DNA of 64,000 bases from Chloroflexi bacterium B3_Chlor (GCA_005223035.1 NJBK01000012.1:815-64814); one strand, 5' to 3'; positions 16,361 through 26,500 are shown, numbered from the stretch's first letter. Numbers and translations: made by a program. Notes: generated from the letters alone by a model not told the origin.

Positions 16361-17659
16361 GTGCAGGAGGTTCGTTTCGTGGGAGAGTCAACCCTCCCCA
16401 TCGGGGAGTCAAATGTGCTGGTCACTCTGGGGATCCTGGTCATCAGCCTCCTGATGGTAGCCTTATTCTCCAGTTCTGAGGCCTCATTGATTTCGGTCAG
16501 CAAGATTCGCATCCGCAGCCTGGCAGAACAGGGCAACCGCGCCGCCCAAGCAGCCAGGGAACTATGGGAGAATCATGATAAGCTGTTCGCCACCATCCTG
16601 CTGATCGAGAACGCCTTCATCATCTTCGCCTCCTCAGTAGGCACCACCCTGGCCCTGCTGATCTTTGGTGAGCAGGGCGTGCTTGTGGCCAGCCTGGTTA
16701 TGACCGTGCTCATCGTGCTTTTCGGTGAGATAACCCCCAAGACCTTCGCCGCCCGCAACGCGGAGCGGACGGCCCTCCTGGTTGCCAGACCCATCAGCTT
16801 GATCGTAAAGGTGCTGACCCCGGTCATCTACATCTTCACCCTCATTGCCAACTCTCTCATAAGCCTGGTAAGCCGTGGCCGAGAGAGTCAATCCCCTTTC
16901 ATCACACCAGAGGAGATACTCTTGCTGGCCACGATCGGAGAAGAGCAGGGCACGGTGCTGGAGATGGAACGGGAAATGGTGCACAAGGTCTTCGAATTCG
17001 GCGAGCGTCACGTACGTGAGGTGATGATACCTCGGCCCGACATCGTGGGAATCGAAAGTGGCGAGACCGTCGATACCCTGTTGAGGACTTTCACCGGTTC
17101 CAGTCACTCTCGCTTCCCGGTGTACGGCGGTGACCTGGATAATATCATCGGTTTTGTCTCCATCAAGGACGTCTTACTCTCCATGGCCAAAGACACCGCT
17201 GCCCGTCAGGCACAGCTGAGCGAACTCGTCCGACCGACCATCTTCGTCCCCGAAACCAAGCAAGTCGGCAGATTGTTCCACGACATGCGCGTTCAGCACA
17301 TGCAGGTAGCCATCGTCATCGACGAATATGGTGGTACGGCGGGGATGGTAACACTGGAAGAACTGGTGGAGGAAGTAGTGGGACGTCTCACCGATGAATG
17401 GGTGACGGAGTCCCTGGTGGTGGAGATCGATGAGCACACGTTCCAGGTGGACGGCCTGATCCGCGTAGATGAGGTTAACAGTGAGCTGCGCATACAGCTG
17501 CCCGAAGATGACAACTACGACACCGTTGCCGGCTTCATCCTATGTCATCTCCGACACATACCCCAGGAGGGAGAAAAACTTCAGTGCGGTGATCTGACCA
17601 TCAGCGTTCAGAGGATGAAAGGCCCCAAGATAGAGAGCGTTTTGATCAAGACGAAGTGA
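16361..17659 (+). CDS. CNNM/CorC/TlyC-family protein (DUF21 membrane domain, CBS pair, CorC_HlyC domain)
   Basis: 432-aa ORF with this architecture read from the sequence. The more likely start is GTG 16379, 8 nt after GCAGGAGG. Confidence 0.8.
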   Translation: MQEVRFVGESTLPIGESNVLVTLGILVISLLMVALFSSSEASLISVSKIRIRSLAEQGNRAAQAARELWENHDKLFATILLIENAFIIFASSVGTTLALLIFGEQGVLVASLVMTVLIVLFGEITPKTFAARNAERTALLVARPISLIVKVLTPVIYIFTLIANSLISLVSRGRESQSPFITPEEILLLATIGEEQGTVLEMEREMVHKVFEFGERHVREVMIPRPDIVGIESGETVDTLLRTFTGSSHSRFPVYGGDLDNIIGFVSIKDVLLSMAKDTAARQAQLSELVRPTIFVPETKQVGRLFHDMRVQHMQVAIVIDEYGGTAGMVTLEELVEEVVGRLTDEWVTESLVVEIDEHTFQVDGLIRVDEVNSELRIQLPEDDNYDTVAGFILCHLRHIPQEGEKLQCGDLTISVQRMKGPKIESVLIKTK

Positions 17660-18110
17660 AGCAACCCCCTCGAATCTCCTCTATCCTCTGCCGCATTCTC
17701 TCCCAGTGAGTGCCCCTCCAATACACTTTATCACACTGCGGACACGAACTGAATTGCACGTGCTCACGGAAGACATAGGGCGGAACCCGGCCCTCAACTT
17801 CCTCCCTGTGAATTGGCTGCAGGGCCGTATTGCAGCGTGCACAGCGAGACAGAGAGCCATCCATGTCCAAATCGAGGTCGCGTAGCAGTTGTGCCAGCTG
17901 CTCCTCGAATCTATCGCTTGCAACGAGGAGAGACCTCAAGCCTTTCCGCCTGGTCAACTCCCGATCCCTGGTCAAGAGCATGCGCCCTTCCGCCCGCGCT
18001 ATACGTACCAGATCGTGATCTTCCAGTTGCGGGAAGTAGGCGGTATCGTACCCCAGAATGCGCAACCACTTCGCCAGGCGACCCAGCATAGCATCGGCAA
18101 GGAACTTCAT
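17646..18110 (-). CDS. Mut7-C-type (PIN-like) RNase domain protein with C-terminal zinc ribbon
   Basis: MKFLADAMLGRLAKWLRILGYDT..LLTRD.. followed by CARCN..CPQC. Its 3' end overlaps the convergent CNNM gene by 14 nt. Confidence 0.65.
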   Translation of the reverse strand: MKFLADAMLGRLAKWLRILGYDTAYFPQLEDHDLVRIARAEGRMLLTRDRELTRRKGLRSLLVASDRFEEQLAQLLRDLDLDMDGSLSRCARCNTALQPIHREEVEGRVPPYVFREHVQFSSCPQCDKVYWRGTHWERMRQRIEEIRGGCFTSS

Positions 18111-18125
18111 CTCGAGTACCAGACC

Positions 18126-18644
18126 CTATTTGCGCAGTCGCCACCTTCCGCGGTACGCGCCTTTCATTTCCTGCACGGTGACAAAGGCATCGTCGTCCAT
18201 GGCGCTGGCAGCGGCCATCACCGAGGGCACTTCTCTCCTCCTCACGACCGTCCTCACCATGTCAACTACGTTGGTCTGACCCACCCCCAAGAACTCCGTG
18301 GCACCGTAGCCATCGGCCCGGAGTGCTTCGGCTATCTCTGCACCCTTGCCCATGGAGATGAAGTTGACCTCGGCCAGACCAATGGCTAGCTTCTTCTCGA
18401 TAGTCATGCCGACAATGGTGCCAGTGGCAAAGCCTCCCGCGTAGGCAACGACGTTCCACCAGTTCCCGATATTGGTGACCACCGGGCTGATGGCTACCAA
18501 GAAGATGGTGACTTCGAAGAACCCTATCACGCCAGCCACCACCCTTCGACCGCGCACCGCCATGAGCATTCTGACCGTTCCCATGGACACGCCTATGAAT
18601 CGCAGGCAGAATATCAACAACGCACCAAGCAAGATCTCCATAGT
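18126..18644 (-). CDS. UPF0316/DUF2179-type small membrane protein
   Basis: Three N-terminal hydrophobic helices and a C-terminal soluble domain (..GYGATEF..VVDMV..). Start set to ATG 18644 behind TTGGAGGTTGG. The track start, GTG 18677, lies inside a U-tract. Confidence 0.6.
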   Translation of the reverse strand, partial: TMEILLGALLIFCLRFIGVSMGTVRMLMAVRGRRVVAGVIGFFEVTIFLVAISPVVTNIGNWWNVVAYAGGFATGTIVGMTIEKKLAIGLAEVNFISMGKGAEIAEALRADGYGATEFLGVGQTNVVDMVRTVVRRREVPSVMAAASAMDDDAFVTVQEMKGAYRGRWRLRK

Positions 18645-18677
18645 CCAACCTCCAAGCAAAGATGAGAGAGAGCGCAC

Positions 18678-18713
18678 AAAAAACGGCTTCCCTCGCCAGG
18701 TGACAAGGGAAGC
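18678..18713 (-). terminator. Intrinsic-terminator-like hairpin plus U6, inside the 5' leader of the UPF0316 gene
   Basis: The minus strand reads GCTTCCCT-TGTCACCTGGCG-AGGGAAGC CG TTTTTT and ends 34 nt before ATG 18644. Confidence 0.6.
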
Positions 18714-18774
18714 AAAGCCAGCGCCACGCGTTTGATCACACCGAAGCCCACCCTACCACCTCTTATGTAGAGGA

Positions 18775-18803
18775 ATCTTAACCACCTGCCCGAGCATTGT
18801 CAA
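18775..18803 (-). promoter_or_regulatory. Sigma70-type promoter TTGACA-17 nt-TAAGAT
   Basis: The minus strand reads cgcTTGACAatgctcgggcaggtggtTAAGATtcc. It lies upstream of the terminator hairpin above. Confidence 0.55.
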
Positions 18804-18964
18804 GCGTCAGCCGAGGAGATTTCCTGGAGGCTCTCCTGTGCTGAGAGTCGCGCCGGAATGGATTCCCGCGATAAGTTCCCAAAGTCCCTGCGGGACTTCA
18901 ATGGGCTGCGGCGCGGCGATATGCGGCGCCAGCGGAAAGCGTTGAGAAGCGCCTTTCCACACAC

Positions 18965-19957
18965 TCAGCCGAGGATTCCCCGGCTATACAACAGAAGCAT
19001 GGCGCCCACGTAGCCCAGGATAATCAGCAAGGCATCGACCTCTACGAAGAGGAAACGACGTTCGACCTGGGCCACAGTGCTGACCAATCCCACGCTGGTC
19101 AGCAATAAGCCGGCCAGCCCGGCCAGCGTCAGTGAGGGATCAACGACCCCCAAGAAGCGCCCTTGGAGATAGAAGACATCCGTCGAGCCCAGTGCGAAGA
19201 TATTGAAGATGTTGCTTCCGAAGAGATTGCCCACAGCCAAATCGTGGGCGCCTATGCGGCTCGCGGTCACAGCTGTAACCACTTCGGGCAATGAGGTCAC
19301 CAGGGCCACCAGCGCGATCCCGATGAATCCAGTGGTCAGACCGGTGATACCGGCTATGCCGACCGAGCTCCGGACAAGCCATGGTGTTACAATAACCAAG
19401 ACCGCAGCTGCCCCCATGAAGCAGACCACAGCCGAACCCAGCCCAGGCAGACCTTCCGCCTTCTCATCTGTCGTTTCAGTTGTCTGGCTACCAATGCGGT
19501 GTTTGGCATATATGAGCCGCATGCTGAGCCAGTACATGCCCACCAGGATCAGACTGTCCAGGCCAACCCAGGCGATCTGAACCCCAACGTCGGCCATTAC
19601 GAAGAACACCGCTGTGCCTGTGAGCAGAACTGCCAGACCTGCACTCAGGGCGTGGTTCATCGCCACCCGACGCAAGATCCGGGTTCGCGGGTTCATCAGG
19701 TCCAGCACTGCCAACATCAGCATGTTGAACATGCTGCTGCCGAAGATGTTGCCTGCGGCGAGTTCGGGTACTTGCTGATTAATGGAGCTGAGGGTTGTGA
19801 ATAGTTCGGGCAGTGAAGTGGCCCCGGCAAGGAGGAGCGTGCCGATGAACATGCCGCCCAGCTTCGTCCGCACTGCGATGGCGTCCCCACACTCAGCGAG
19901 TTTGATCGCTGCCAGCACGATCAGGACAGCGCTGATCAGAAACTCCAGCCAGATCAT
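18965..19957 (-). CDS. CaCA-family cation/Ca2+ exchanger (YrbG-like)
   Basis: Two alpha-repeats (GNIFGSSMFNML and GNLFGSNIFNIF) and about 10 TM segments. Confidence 0.8.
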   Translation of the reverse strand: MIWLEFLISAVLIVLAAIKLAECGDAIAVRTKLGGMFIGTLLLAGATSLPELFTTLSSINQQVPELAAGNIFGSSMFNMLMLAVLDLMNPRTRILRRVAMNHALSAGLAVLLTGTAVFFVMADVGVQIAWVGLDSLILVGMYWLSMRLIYAKHRIGSQTTETTDEKAEGLPGLGSAVVCFMGAAAVLVIVTPWLVRSSVGIAGITGLTTGFIGIALVALVTSLPEVVTAVTASRIGAHDLAVGNLFGSNIFNIFALGSTDVFYLQGRFLGVVDPSLTLAGLAGLLLTSVGLVSTVAQVERRFLFVEVDALLIILGYVGAMLLLYSRGILG

Positions 19958-20319
19958 TCCTCGTTCCCTGGTTGACCAAGTTCATCCGGCACGCCTTTCG
20001 CCGAGGAGAGCTCCCATGCGGCAAAGACCCCGGTCCTGGCCTGCATCAAATCACCGATGATTCCTTCAGCAGCCTCGAGACACATATCCACTGCGCCCGC
20101 ATCGGGCACTATGGCAAACAGGGTGTATTGAGACCTCTCGGCGCTCTCGGCCAATCCGGGCAAGCCATAGAGGTAGCGACCACGTACTCGTCGAGTCTCG
20201 CGGCGGTACGCGCCGACCGTCTCCACGATAGTAACCCCACTCACCCCCGCGGAGCGCCAGGCATCCAGCACCGAGTCAAGCTGTTTGGGGTCGTCGAGGA
20301 CAAGCATGATCATGTGCAT
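19954..20319 (-). CDS. Small PII-like-fold protein, translationally coupled (ATGA) to the exchanger
   Basis: The pattern is beta-alpha-beta, a basic loop (AYRRETRRVRGRYLYG), then beta-alpha-beta. The fold assignment was made by eye only. Confidence 0.4.
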   Translation of the reverse strand: MHMIMLVLDDPKQLDSVLDAWRSAGVSGVTIVETVGAYRRETRRVRGRYLYGLPGLAESAERSQYTLFAIVPDAGAVDMCLEAAEGIIGDLMQARTGVFAAWELSSAKGVPDELGQPGNEE

Positions 20320-20537
20320 GAGCCATACCCTCCACTACCTCAGGTCTTGCGTCGGTTCGGCCAGGGCTTGAACGGCGGCCTTGGAGAGTCCAGTCTCGCA
20401 CCTCAAGAGAGGCACGCGCCTCGGCAGGGAGTCGGGTCCCAGTTCCTTGGTGAACCTCATCCCATCACTATCCACAACAGAGAGCTACTCCCGCCAAGGT
20501 CGAGAATCACGAGGCGGTCAGGTGCGCCGACCTGCGT

Positions 20538-20972
20538 CTAACACACGACGCGCGCCTCTAGGCCCGTTTCGGCCTCAATCTCCGCCGCGAACTCCAGCAG
20601 ACTCTCTGGGGCGAAGGCGCATTCGGCATCGTCGCCCGTCGCTTGGCCCAGTACCACCATCGTGGCCCCTTCCTCGACGGCAGCTGCCTTGATCTCGGCG
20701 TTCACGTCTCCCTCGCGGAGGACATACCCGGCTTCCACTCCCTGCTTCTGTGCCCGTTCCTGAGCCATGATCAGCAGAAACTCACCCAGGTGCATCATCT
20801 CCTGGGCCACGACGTCTGGCCGCACGCCACGTTCGGTCTTGTTCAGGAAATCCAGATCGACCACATACAGGAACACCAACTCGTCGCCCCGCTCCCTGGC
20901 CATGGCGATAGCCGCATCCTGTGTCCGATAACTGCCCTCTCCACCCCGCGTGGGGCACAGAATCTTGCCCAT
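20538..20972 (-). CDS. Universal stress protein family
   Basis: MGKILCPTRGGEGS..ELVFLYVVD..MVVLGQATGD.. Start taken at ATG 20972. Confidence 0.6.
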   Translation of the reverse strand: MGKILCPTRGGEGSYRTQDAAIAMARERGDELVFLYVVDLDFLNKTERGVRPDVVAQEMMHLGEFLLIMAQERAQKQGVEAGYVLREGDVNAEIKAAAVEEGATMVVLGQATGDDAECAFAPESLLEFAAEIEAETGLEARVVC

Positions 20973-20987
20973 GTTATCCCCCGTCAA

Positions 20988-22715
20988 TTAGAACCGGATA
21001 AGAAGCCATATCGTGCCCATGGCTACGGTGATGATGGTCGCTGGTAGTCCTATCTTCAGGAACCTCATATAGCTAATGCGATAGCCAGCGCGCTCCGTGA
21101 TGCCTGCGGTGACCATGTTGGCCGAAGCACCGATCAAAGTACTGTTGCCTCCCATGGCTGCTCCCACGGACAGCCCGTAGAAGAGCGCCTTGTTGGATGC
21201 GCCTGGTATGGTCTTGCTCAGGAAGCCCACCACGGGCAACATCGCCGCCGTGAAAGGGATGTTGTCAATGAGTCCCGACATGAAAGCGCCCGCCCACACG
21301 ATGACCAGCAAGGCCAAGTTGAGGTTGTCGCCCACCAGCCTCTTGATCCCCACGGCGATGATGCTGATGAGGCCTACCTCTTGGATAGCTCCAATCACCA
21401 TGAATAGGGCGATGAAGAACATCAGGGTGGTCCAGTCCACGACTTTCAGCATCTCATCGATATCAGGTTCCACCACCAGCAGCATGAACACCGCGCCCAG
21501 CATGGCCGTCACGGCAGCTACCAGGTGAATCTGTTCACCAGCCACGAACACCACCAACATGAGGATGAAGATCGCGCCGGCCTTGCCCAGCGTCTTGGGA
21601 CGGGTGATGCGGCCGTCCTCCTTCAGCCGCTCCAGCAATGCTGGCGACAGTTCTAGGGCGGCGGCCCGGTACTCGTGGCGGTAAACCACCAGTACATACA
21701 CCGTTAGGGCGGCCAGCGCCATAAGCACACCAGGAGTGAGGTTAATCAGGAAATCGCTGAAACCGATGTCGGCGTAGGAACCGATGAGGATGTTGGTCGG
21801 TGTGCCGATGAGGGTACTGATGCCACCGATGTTGGAGGCCATGACCTCAGGCAAAATGAGCGAGCGGGGGTTGATCCCCAAGGCCAACGCGATCTCCAGG
21901 GTGATGGGTACCATCAGTAACATGGTCGTCACGTTATCCAACATCGCAGAGGCCACCGCGGTCAGGAGCATCAGGATGATGACGAGCAGCCAAGCGCGAC
22001 CTCGGGACAGGCGGTAGGCTTGATACGCCATCCACTGAAAGATGCCAGTGGTCTCCAGGATCCCAACGACGATCATCATCCCCAACACCAGGAAGATGAC
22101 ATCGAAGTCCACATATTGTAGCGCCTGCTCGAAGTCGAAGATGAACAGGTCGGGGTTCAGAGGCCGTCCCACGAAGCTCACGCCCAGAATGATGAACGCA
22201 CCCAACAACGCTGCCATGGTATTATGCAATCTCTCCAGGGCAATGAGGAGGAGCACAGACACGAAGGTGAGGGTGGCTATCCAGAAGCCCGGCGTGATTC
22301 GCCGCTCCAGAGTGATGTCCGCCAAACGCACGGTTGCCCCTTGCCGCAACAGGGCAAGCTCATCTGGTCCAGCTGTCCAGGTTGTGGACTGAAAATGAGG
22401 GCGCGCTATGTCCACCCGCAGCGACTCGATGGGACCGCTGGGCAGGTCAAGGGTGAAAGACCCATCGGCCTGGCTTTCTTCCGCCGCTACTGATTGCTCT
22501 CCCCCATCCAGGTAGACCACCACCTCGGCATTGCGCACCGCCTCACCCTGCGGATCAACCAGCCGCCCGACGATGCCTGGAGAATCAGAAACTGCGGCGG
22601 AGACTGGCAACGGGTGCTGGGACAAATAGCCTACCAGGACAAACAGAAGTAGCCCCATCGAGACCAAGAGAATGATCGGCTGGCCCCGACCATCGGGCGG
22701 GCTTAGTTCGGGCAC
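20988..22715 (-). CDS. ArsB/NhaD/CitMHS-superfamily anion permease with an N-terminal carboxypeptidase-regulatory-like beta domain
   Basis: The N-terminus reads IVGRLVDPQGEAVRNAEVVVYLDGG..DGSFTLDLP and is followed by about 10-12 TM segments. Start set to GTG 22715, 7 nt after GAAGGAGG. Confidence 0.65.
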   Translation of the reverse strand: MPELSPPDGRGQPIILLVSMGLLLFVLVGYLSQHPLPVSAAVSDSPGIVGRLVDPQGEAVRNAEVVVYLDGGEQSVAAEESQADGSFTLDLPSGPIESLRVDIARPHFQSTTWTAGPDELALLRQGATVRLADITLERRITPGFWIATLTFVSVLLLIALERLHNTMAALLGAFIILGVSFVGRPLNPDLFIFDFEQALQYVDFDVIFLVLGMMIVVGILETTGIFQWMAYQAYRLSRGRAWLLVIILMLLTAVASAMLDNVTTMLLMVPITLEIALALGINPRSLILPEVMASNIGGISTLIGTPTNILIGSYADIGFSDFLINLTPGVLMALAALTVYVLVVYRHEYRAAALELSPALLERLKEDGRITRPKTLGKAGAIFILMLVVFVAGEQIHLVAAVTAMLGAVFMLLVVEPDIDEMLKVVDWTTLMFFIALFMVIGAIQEVGLISIIAVGIKRLVGDNLNLALLVIVWAGAFMSGLIDNIPFTAAMLPVVGFLSKTIPGASNKALFYGLSVGAAMGGNSTLIGASANMVTAGITERAGYRISYMRFLKIGLPATIITVAMGTIWLLIRF

Positions 22716-22746
22716 GAACAACCTCCTTCGACATCCGGCAAATCCA

Positions 22747-22755
22747 ATTCTATCA
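22747..22755 (-). promoter_or_regulatory. Extended -10 element TGATAGAAT upstream of the permease gene
   Basis: The minus strand reads cttaTGATAGAATtgg, about 30 nt before the SD. Confidence 0.45.
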
Positions 22756-23095
22756 TAAGCCTGTGCCATCGGCTAGGATGCATCGAACTCGTGGGGAACG
22801 AAGTTCACACCTGCGGTCATCTGCGGGACTGAGGAGGTTGGGGAGCCCACCATCAACCATCAGGTCACTGACGCAGGGCCACCCCATCACCGCCGGGGAA
22901 GGATCCTGGGAGCGCGTGACGTCTCAGGGGAATTCCCAGGCCAAGGTTCTCGACTCATCGAGTTCCACGTTGCCGCCGGACGGGCTGGGCAAGGTGGTCG
23001 ACTGCCGGACCCGCTCTTGGTCGCACGCGACCGGAGGGACTCTGGTTTCAACAGGAGTAGTAGCGATGACCCCTGCCTGGCTCGGTCGGCAACCG

Positions 23096-24394
23096 CTATT
23101 CGTAACGCAGCGCATCGATAGGATTCAGACGCGCTGCCCTCAAGGCCGGATACAGGCCGAAGACCACCCCCACCACCAGGGAGAACGTTGTAGCCAACAC
23201 GATGGAGTTCACCGAGACCACGGTTACCAGATCCTCCGAGAGGCGGGATACTCCCTGAGAGATGCCATACCCCAGGAGGATGCCCACCGCTCCTCCCAGC
23301 AGGCTCAAGACCATGGCTTCCACCAAGAACTGCAGAAGGATGTCACGGCGCTTGGCTCCCACAGCCTTGCGGATGCCTATCTCTCGTGTGCGCTCGGTGA
23401 CCGAAACCAGCATGATGTTCATGATCCCTATCCCCCCCACGAGAAGGGAGATGCCTGCAACGGCTCCCAGGAAGAGAGTCAGTATGCCCGTCACCTCGGC
23501 CAAGATCTCTACCAGGTCGGCTTGATTGATCACGGAGAAATCATCATCGTCTTGAAAGGCGATGTCATGCCTACGTCTCAGTAGCTCGTTGATTTCCTCC
23601 GTGACTGCGTCCATGCGGTCTTCGGAAGTGACCTGAACGTACGTGGTCGTGACCAAGAATTGACCGGCAAGGTTGCGTTGCTGGGGAAACACTCTTACCT
23701 GTGCGGTACTGATAGGGACGAAGATGTAACCGTCTTCACTGCCCATGAAGCCGACTCCCTTTTCCTCCAACACACCTATCACGCGGAACGGGATGCGGTT
23801 GATCTTGATCGTTTGTCCCACAGGATAGGCACTATTGTTGAAGAGCTCCTCAGCAGCCTCAGAACCTAGCACTGCCACCCGGGCCCTCCTGTCCATATCC
23901 TGAGAAGTAAGGAATCGCCCGTAGGCCACCTCGAGGTTCCGCACCATGCCATATTCGGGCGAAACGCCCGCAACGGTGGTTCTCATCTCCTCACTACGAT
24001 GAGTAACCTGTCCACTGCCCTGCATCACGGGAGCCACGGCGGCCACATCGGGCACATTTCGCGAATCGCCGATAGCCTCCACATCATCGTATGTCAGCGA
24101 CTCCGTGAATCCACCGCCGCCCCCTTCCCCCATCTGCACCGGCAGTATGAACAAGAGGTTGGAGCCTGCGCTTTGAATCTGTTCGGTCACCGTCTGTTGC
24201 ACACCCTGGCCGATGGAGAGGAGGGCTATCACCGCCGCCACCCCGATTATGATCCCCAGCATGGTCAAGGACGAGCGCATCTTGTTAGCGTTCAAGGCTC
24301 CCGTCGCTACCCGCACGCTGTCAATCAGATCCACCTTGCGCCTCCTCAGAGAGCGGTGCCGACGAGACAGTTTCCTCTCGTACGATCTTCCCAT
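23096..24394 (-). CDS. MacB/FtsX-type ABC exporter permease
   Basis: ..[17 protein letters not shown].., a large periplasmic domain, and a C-terminal FtsX 3-TM bundle. It overlaps the ATPase gene by 74 nt, so the true start may be GTG 24334. Confidence 0.8.
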   Translation of the reverse strand: MGRSYERKLSRRHRSLRRRKVDLIDSVRVATGALNANKMRSSLTMLGIIIGVAAVIALLSIGQGVQQTVTEQIQSAGSNLLFILPVQMGEGGGGGFTESLTYDDVEAIGDSRNVPDVAAVAPVMQGSGQVTHRSEEMRTTVAGVSPEYGMVRNLEVAYGRFLTSQDMDRRARVAVLGSEAAEELFNNSAYPVGQTIKINRIPFRVIGVLEEKGVGFMGSEDGYIFVPISTAQVRVFPQQRNLAGQFLVTTTYVQVTSEDRMDAVTEEINELLRRRHDIAFQDDDDFSVINQADLVEILAEVTGILTLFLGAVAGISLLVGGIGIMNIMLVSVTERTREIGIRKAVGAKRRDILLQFLVEAMVLSLLGGAVGILLGYGISQGVSRLSEDLVTVVSVNSIVLATTFSLVVGVVFGLYPALRAARLNPIDALRYE

Positions 24395-25034
24395 CGTGCA
24401 AGTGAAGGATCCTCTGCGTTTGTGACGCTATGCTAGGATCGTGAGTCACAAAAATCACCGTGATCCCCTGCTCCTCATTGAGACGTTTGAAGATGTCGAC
24501 GATTTCAGCCCCCACCTTGGAATCAAGGTTGCCTGTGGGCTCGTCCGCTAGGATTATTGAGGGGTTGCTGACCAAGGCCCGCGCGATAGCCACGCGCTGC
24601 TGTTCCCCTCCTGAAAGCTCATTAGGGTTGTGATTCGCCCGATCCCCCAAGCCCACGGCCTCCAGCGCCGCCACGGCCTGCTCCCGACGGTTCCCATCCC
24701 CACCGTAGAGAAGGGGCAGCTCCACGTTGCGCAGCGCTGAAGTGCGAGACAGGAGATTGAACGTCTGGAAGACGAAACCGATCTTCCGGTTCCTAATCTC
24801 AGCCAGCTCATCGTCGTCCAACTCCCCCACGTCTATGCCATCGAGGTAGTAGGCACCAGAAGTCGGCTGATCCAGACAGCCAATTACGTTCATCAAGGTC
24901 GACTTCCCTGATCCGGAGGGCCCCATGATGGATACGCTTTCTCCCTCGCGGACCTGCAGCGAGACTCCGCGCAGCGCGTGCACTTCCACCTCTCCCATTT
25001 TGTACACCTTGGTGACGTTGTCAATCTTGATCAT
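24321..25034 (-). CDS. ABC transporter ATP-binding protein (MacB/LolD type)
   Basis: Walker [10 protein letters not shown], signature LSGGEQQR, Walker B ILADEPT. Confidence 0.9.
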   Translation of the reverse strand: MIKIDNVTKVYKMGEVEVHALRGVSLQVREGESVSIMGPSGSGKSTLMNVIGCLDQPTSGAYYLDGIDVGELDDDELAEIRNRKIGFVFQTFNLLSRTSALRNVELPLLYGGDGNRREQAVAALEAVGLGDRANHNPNELSGGEQQRVAIARALVSNPSIILADEPTGNLDSKVGAEIVDIFKRLNEEQGITVIFVTHDPSIASQTQRILHLHDGKIVREETVSSAPLSEEAQGGSD

Positions 25035-25063
25035 GGCTCACGCACCTCAGTATGTGTGGTCCG

Positions 25064-26452
25064 CTAGTGGGGTCCACCACCCATCATGCCCTGGCGCAGC
25101 CGGTCCATAGTGTCACTCCCGCCAATCACTACTTCATCCCCTTCTTGCAGACCGCTCAGCACCTCAGTGAAGGAGTCGTCCTGAAGGCCGATTTCTACAT
25201 CTGCGCTTTCAATGTCCCCATTCACCAACTTCGCTACGAAGAGGAGCCCCTCCTCCCTGTCTATGGATATGGCCCTGTTAGGAACGAGGAGAACGTCCTC
25301 TTTGCGCTGCGTGACGATGGTGATATTGACCGTCATGCCGGAACGCAACTCCACGACAGTCGAGTCGAAGGACACGCTGACCATGTAATTGACCGTTCCC
25401 AGTTCAACGGTGGCGACGGGAGCTATGAACTCTACGTGGCCCAAGAGTTCCTGCTCAGGGAAGGCATCGAGCGAAACCCACGCCTCCTGTCCAGCCTCCA
25501 CCTGGCCGATGTCTATCTCGTCAATATGGACATCCACATGGAAAGCGGAAGAGTCTATCAAGGTGATCATTGGCGTTCCAAGCCCTACCTGCTCGTTGAC
25601 CTCGGCGCCGATGAAGGCCACCGTTCCAGCGAAGGGAGCCACAATCGTCGCCCCTTCCAACTGCAATTGAGCCAGTTCCAGTGAAGCCCGGGCCTGGTCC
25701 ACCGCCACCTGTGCGATGATCAGATCCTCCTCACCAGCACCTTTCAACAAGTCATCCAATTGGCTTCGTGCCTGAGCCACCGCGGCCTCCGCAGCTCGGA
25801 GCTCGCTTTCGGTAGGGCCTGCCATCCTGATATTGTACGCTGCAAGAGCCTGTTCATAGTTGATGGTCGCCTGCTGCAATGCCACCGAGTGGGGCAGTGC
25901 ACCAATCCCTCCTACCCAGGCCCACTGGTCATACAGCTCTTGAGCTTCCTGAAGAGCGATCTCGGCCCTTCTCAGATCCGCTCTCGCCACTGTGATCTCA
26001 TCCTGGGTGGACCCATTCCTTAGTCGATTCAGGGCGGCATCCGCGCTTGCCAGATTCGAACGAGCGGCCTGTATGTCTTGGGCATCGGCGCCACCCTGGA
26101 TTCGGGAGAGGTTGGCCTCTGCGTTGGTCAGCCCCAACTCGGCCTGCGTCACCCCCAACCTCAACTCGGCTGTTTCGAGTTGGGCCAGGACGCCCCCCTC
26201 CGGCACGTCATCGCCCTCCTCCACCATGAGAGCTTCCAGTATGCCCCCGGTCCGGAAGGATAACGTGACCTGAGCTGCCGGTTGGACCGTCCCTGTTGCG
26301 TCGACGGTGGCCTCAATGTCACCTCGCTCCACGGTAACAGTATCCAGATCTTCAGCTAAGGCCCCAGTACTTGCGGAACCTTGCCGAAAGAACCAGTAAC
26401 CAACCGCCCCAACCGCCACAAGAATGACTGTGATAAATATCGCCCTACGCAT
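25064..26452 (-). CDS. HlyD/MacA-type periplasmic adaptor (membrane fusion protein)
   Basis: N-terminal TM segment, a long Ala/Gln/Leu-rich coiled-coil hairpin, and beta-barrel segments. Confidence 0.75.
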   Translation of the reverse strand: MRRAIFITVILVAVGAVGYWFFRQGSASTGALAEDLDTVTVERGDIEATVDATGTVQPAAQVTLSFRTGGILEALMVEEGDDVPEGGVLAQLETAELRLGVTQAELGLTNAEANLSRIQGGADAQDIQAARSNLASADAALNRLRNGSTQDEITVARADLRRAEIALQEAQELYDQWAWVGGIGALPHSVALQQATINYEQALAAYNIRMAGPTESELRAAEAAVAQARSQLDDLLKGAGEEDLIIAQVAVDQARASLELAQLQLEGATIVAPFAGTVAFIGAEVNEQVGLGTPMITLIDSSAFHVDVHIDEIDIGQVEAGQEAWVSLDAFPEQELLGHVEFIAPVATVELGTVNYMVSVSFDSTVVELRSGMTVNITIVTQRKEDVLLVPNRAISIDREEGLLFVAKLVNGDIESADVEIGLQDDSFTEVLSGLQEGDEVVIGGSDTMDRLRQGMMGGGPH

Positions 26453-26500
26453 CTCCTACCTGTTTACCTCCTGAAATGTCCTTCGCACCTCGTCATCCGC

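Noticed and set aside
23025-23110. A plus-strand string resembling part of a SAM-I riboswitch core (..CCGGAGGGACUCUGG..GAUGACCCCUGCC..GGCAACCGC..).
   Set aside because: Only fragments of the consensus are present and the P3 region does not fold convincingly. No plus-strand gene lies downstream, because the string runs antisense into the macB-like gene. Most likely a chance match.
22763-23584. Long plus-strand ORFs across the minus-strand gene array, for example 22763..23584 (273 aa), 30708..31343, 30800..31456, 32942..33793, 51565..52482, 14203..14859 and 3130..3789.
   Set aside because: Each lies antisense to a gene with clear family motifs. Their products are Arg/Pro/Ser/Gly-rich low-complexity strings typical of shadow ORFs in GC-rich DNA, and they show no motifs.
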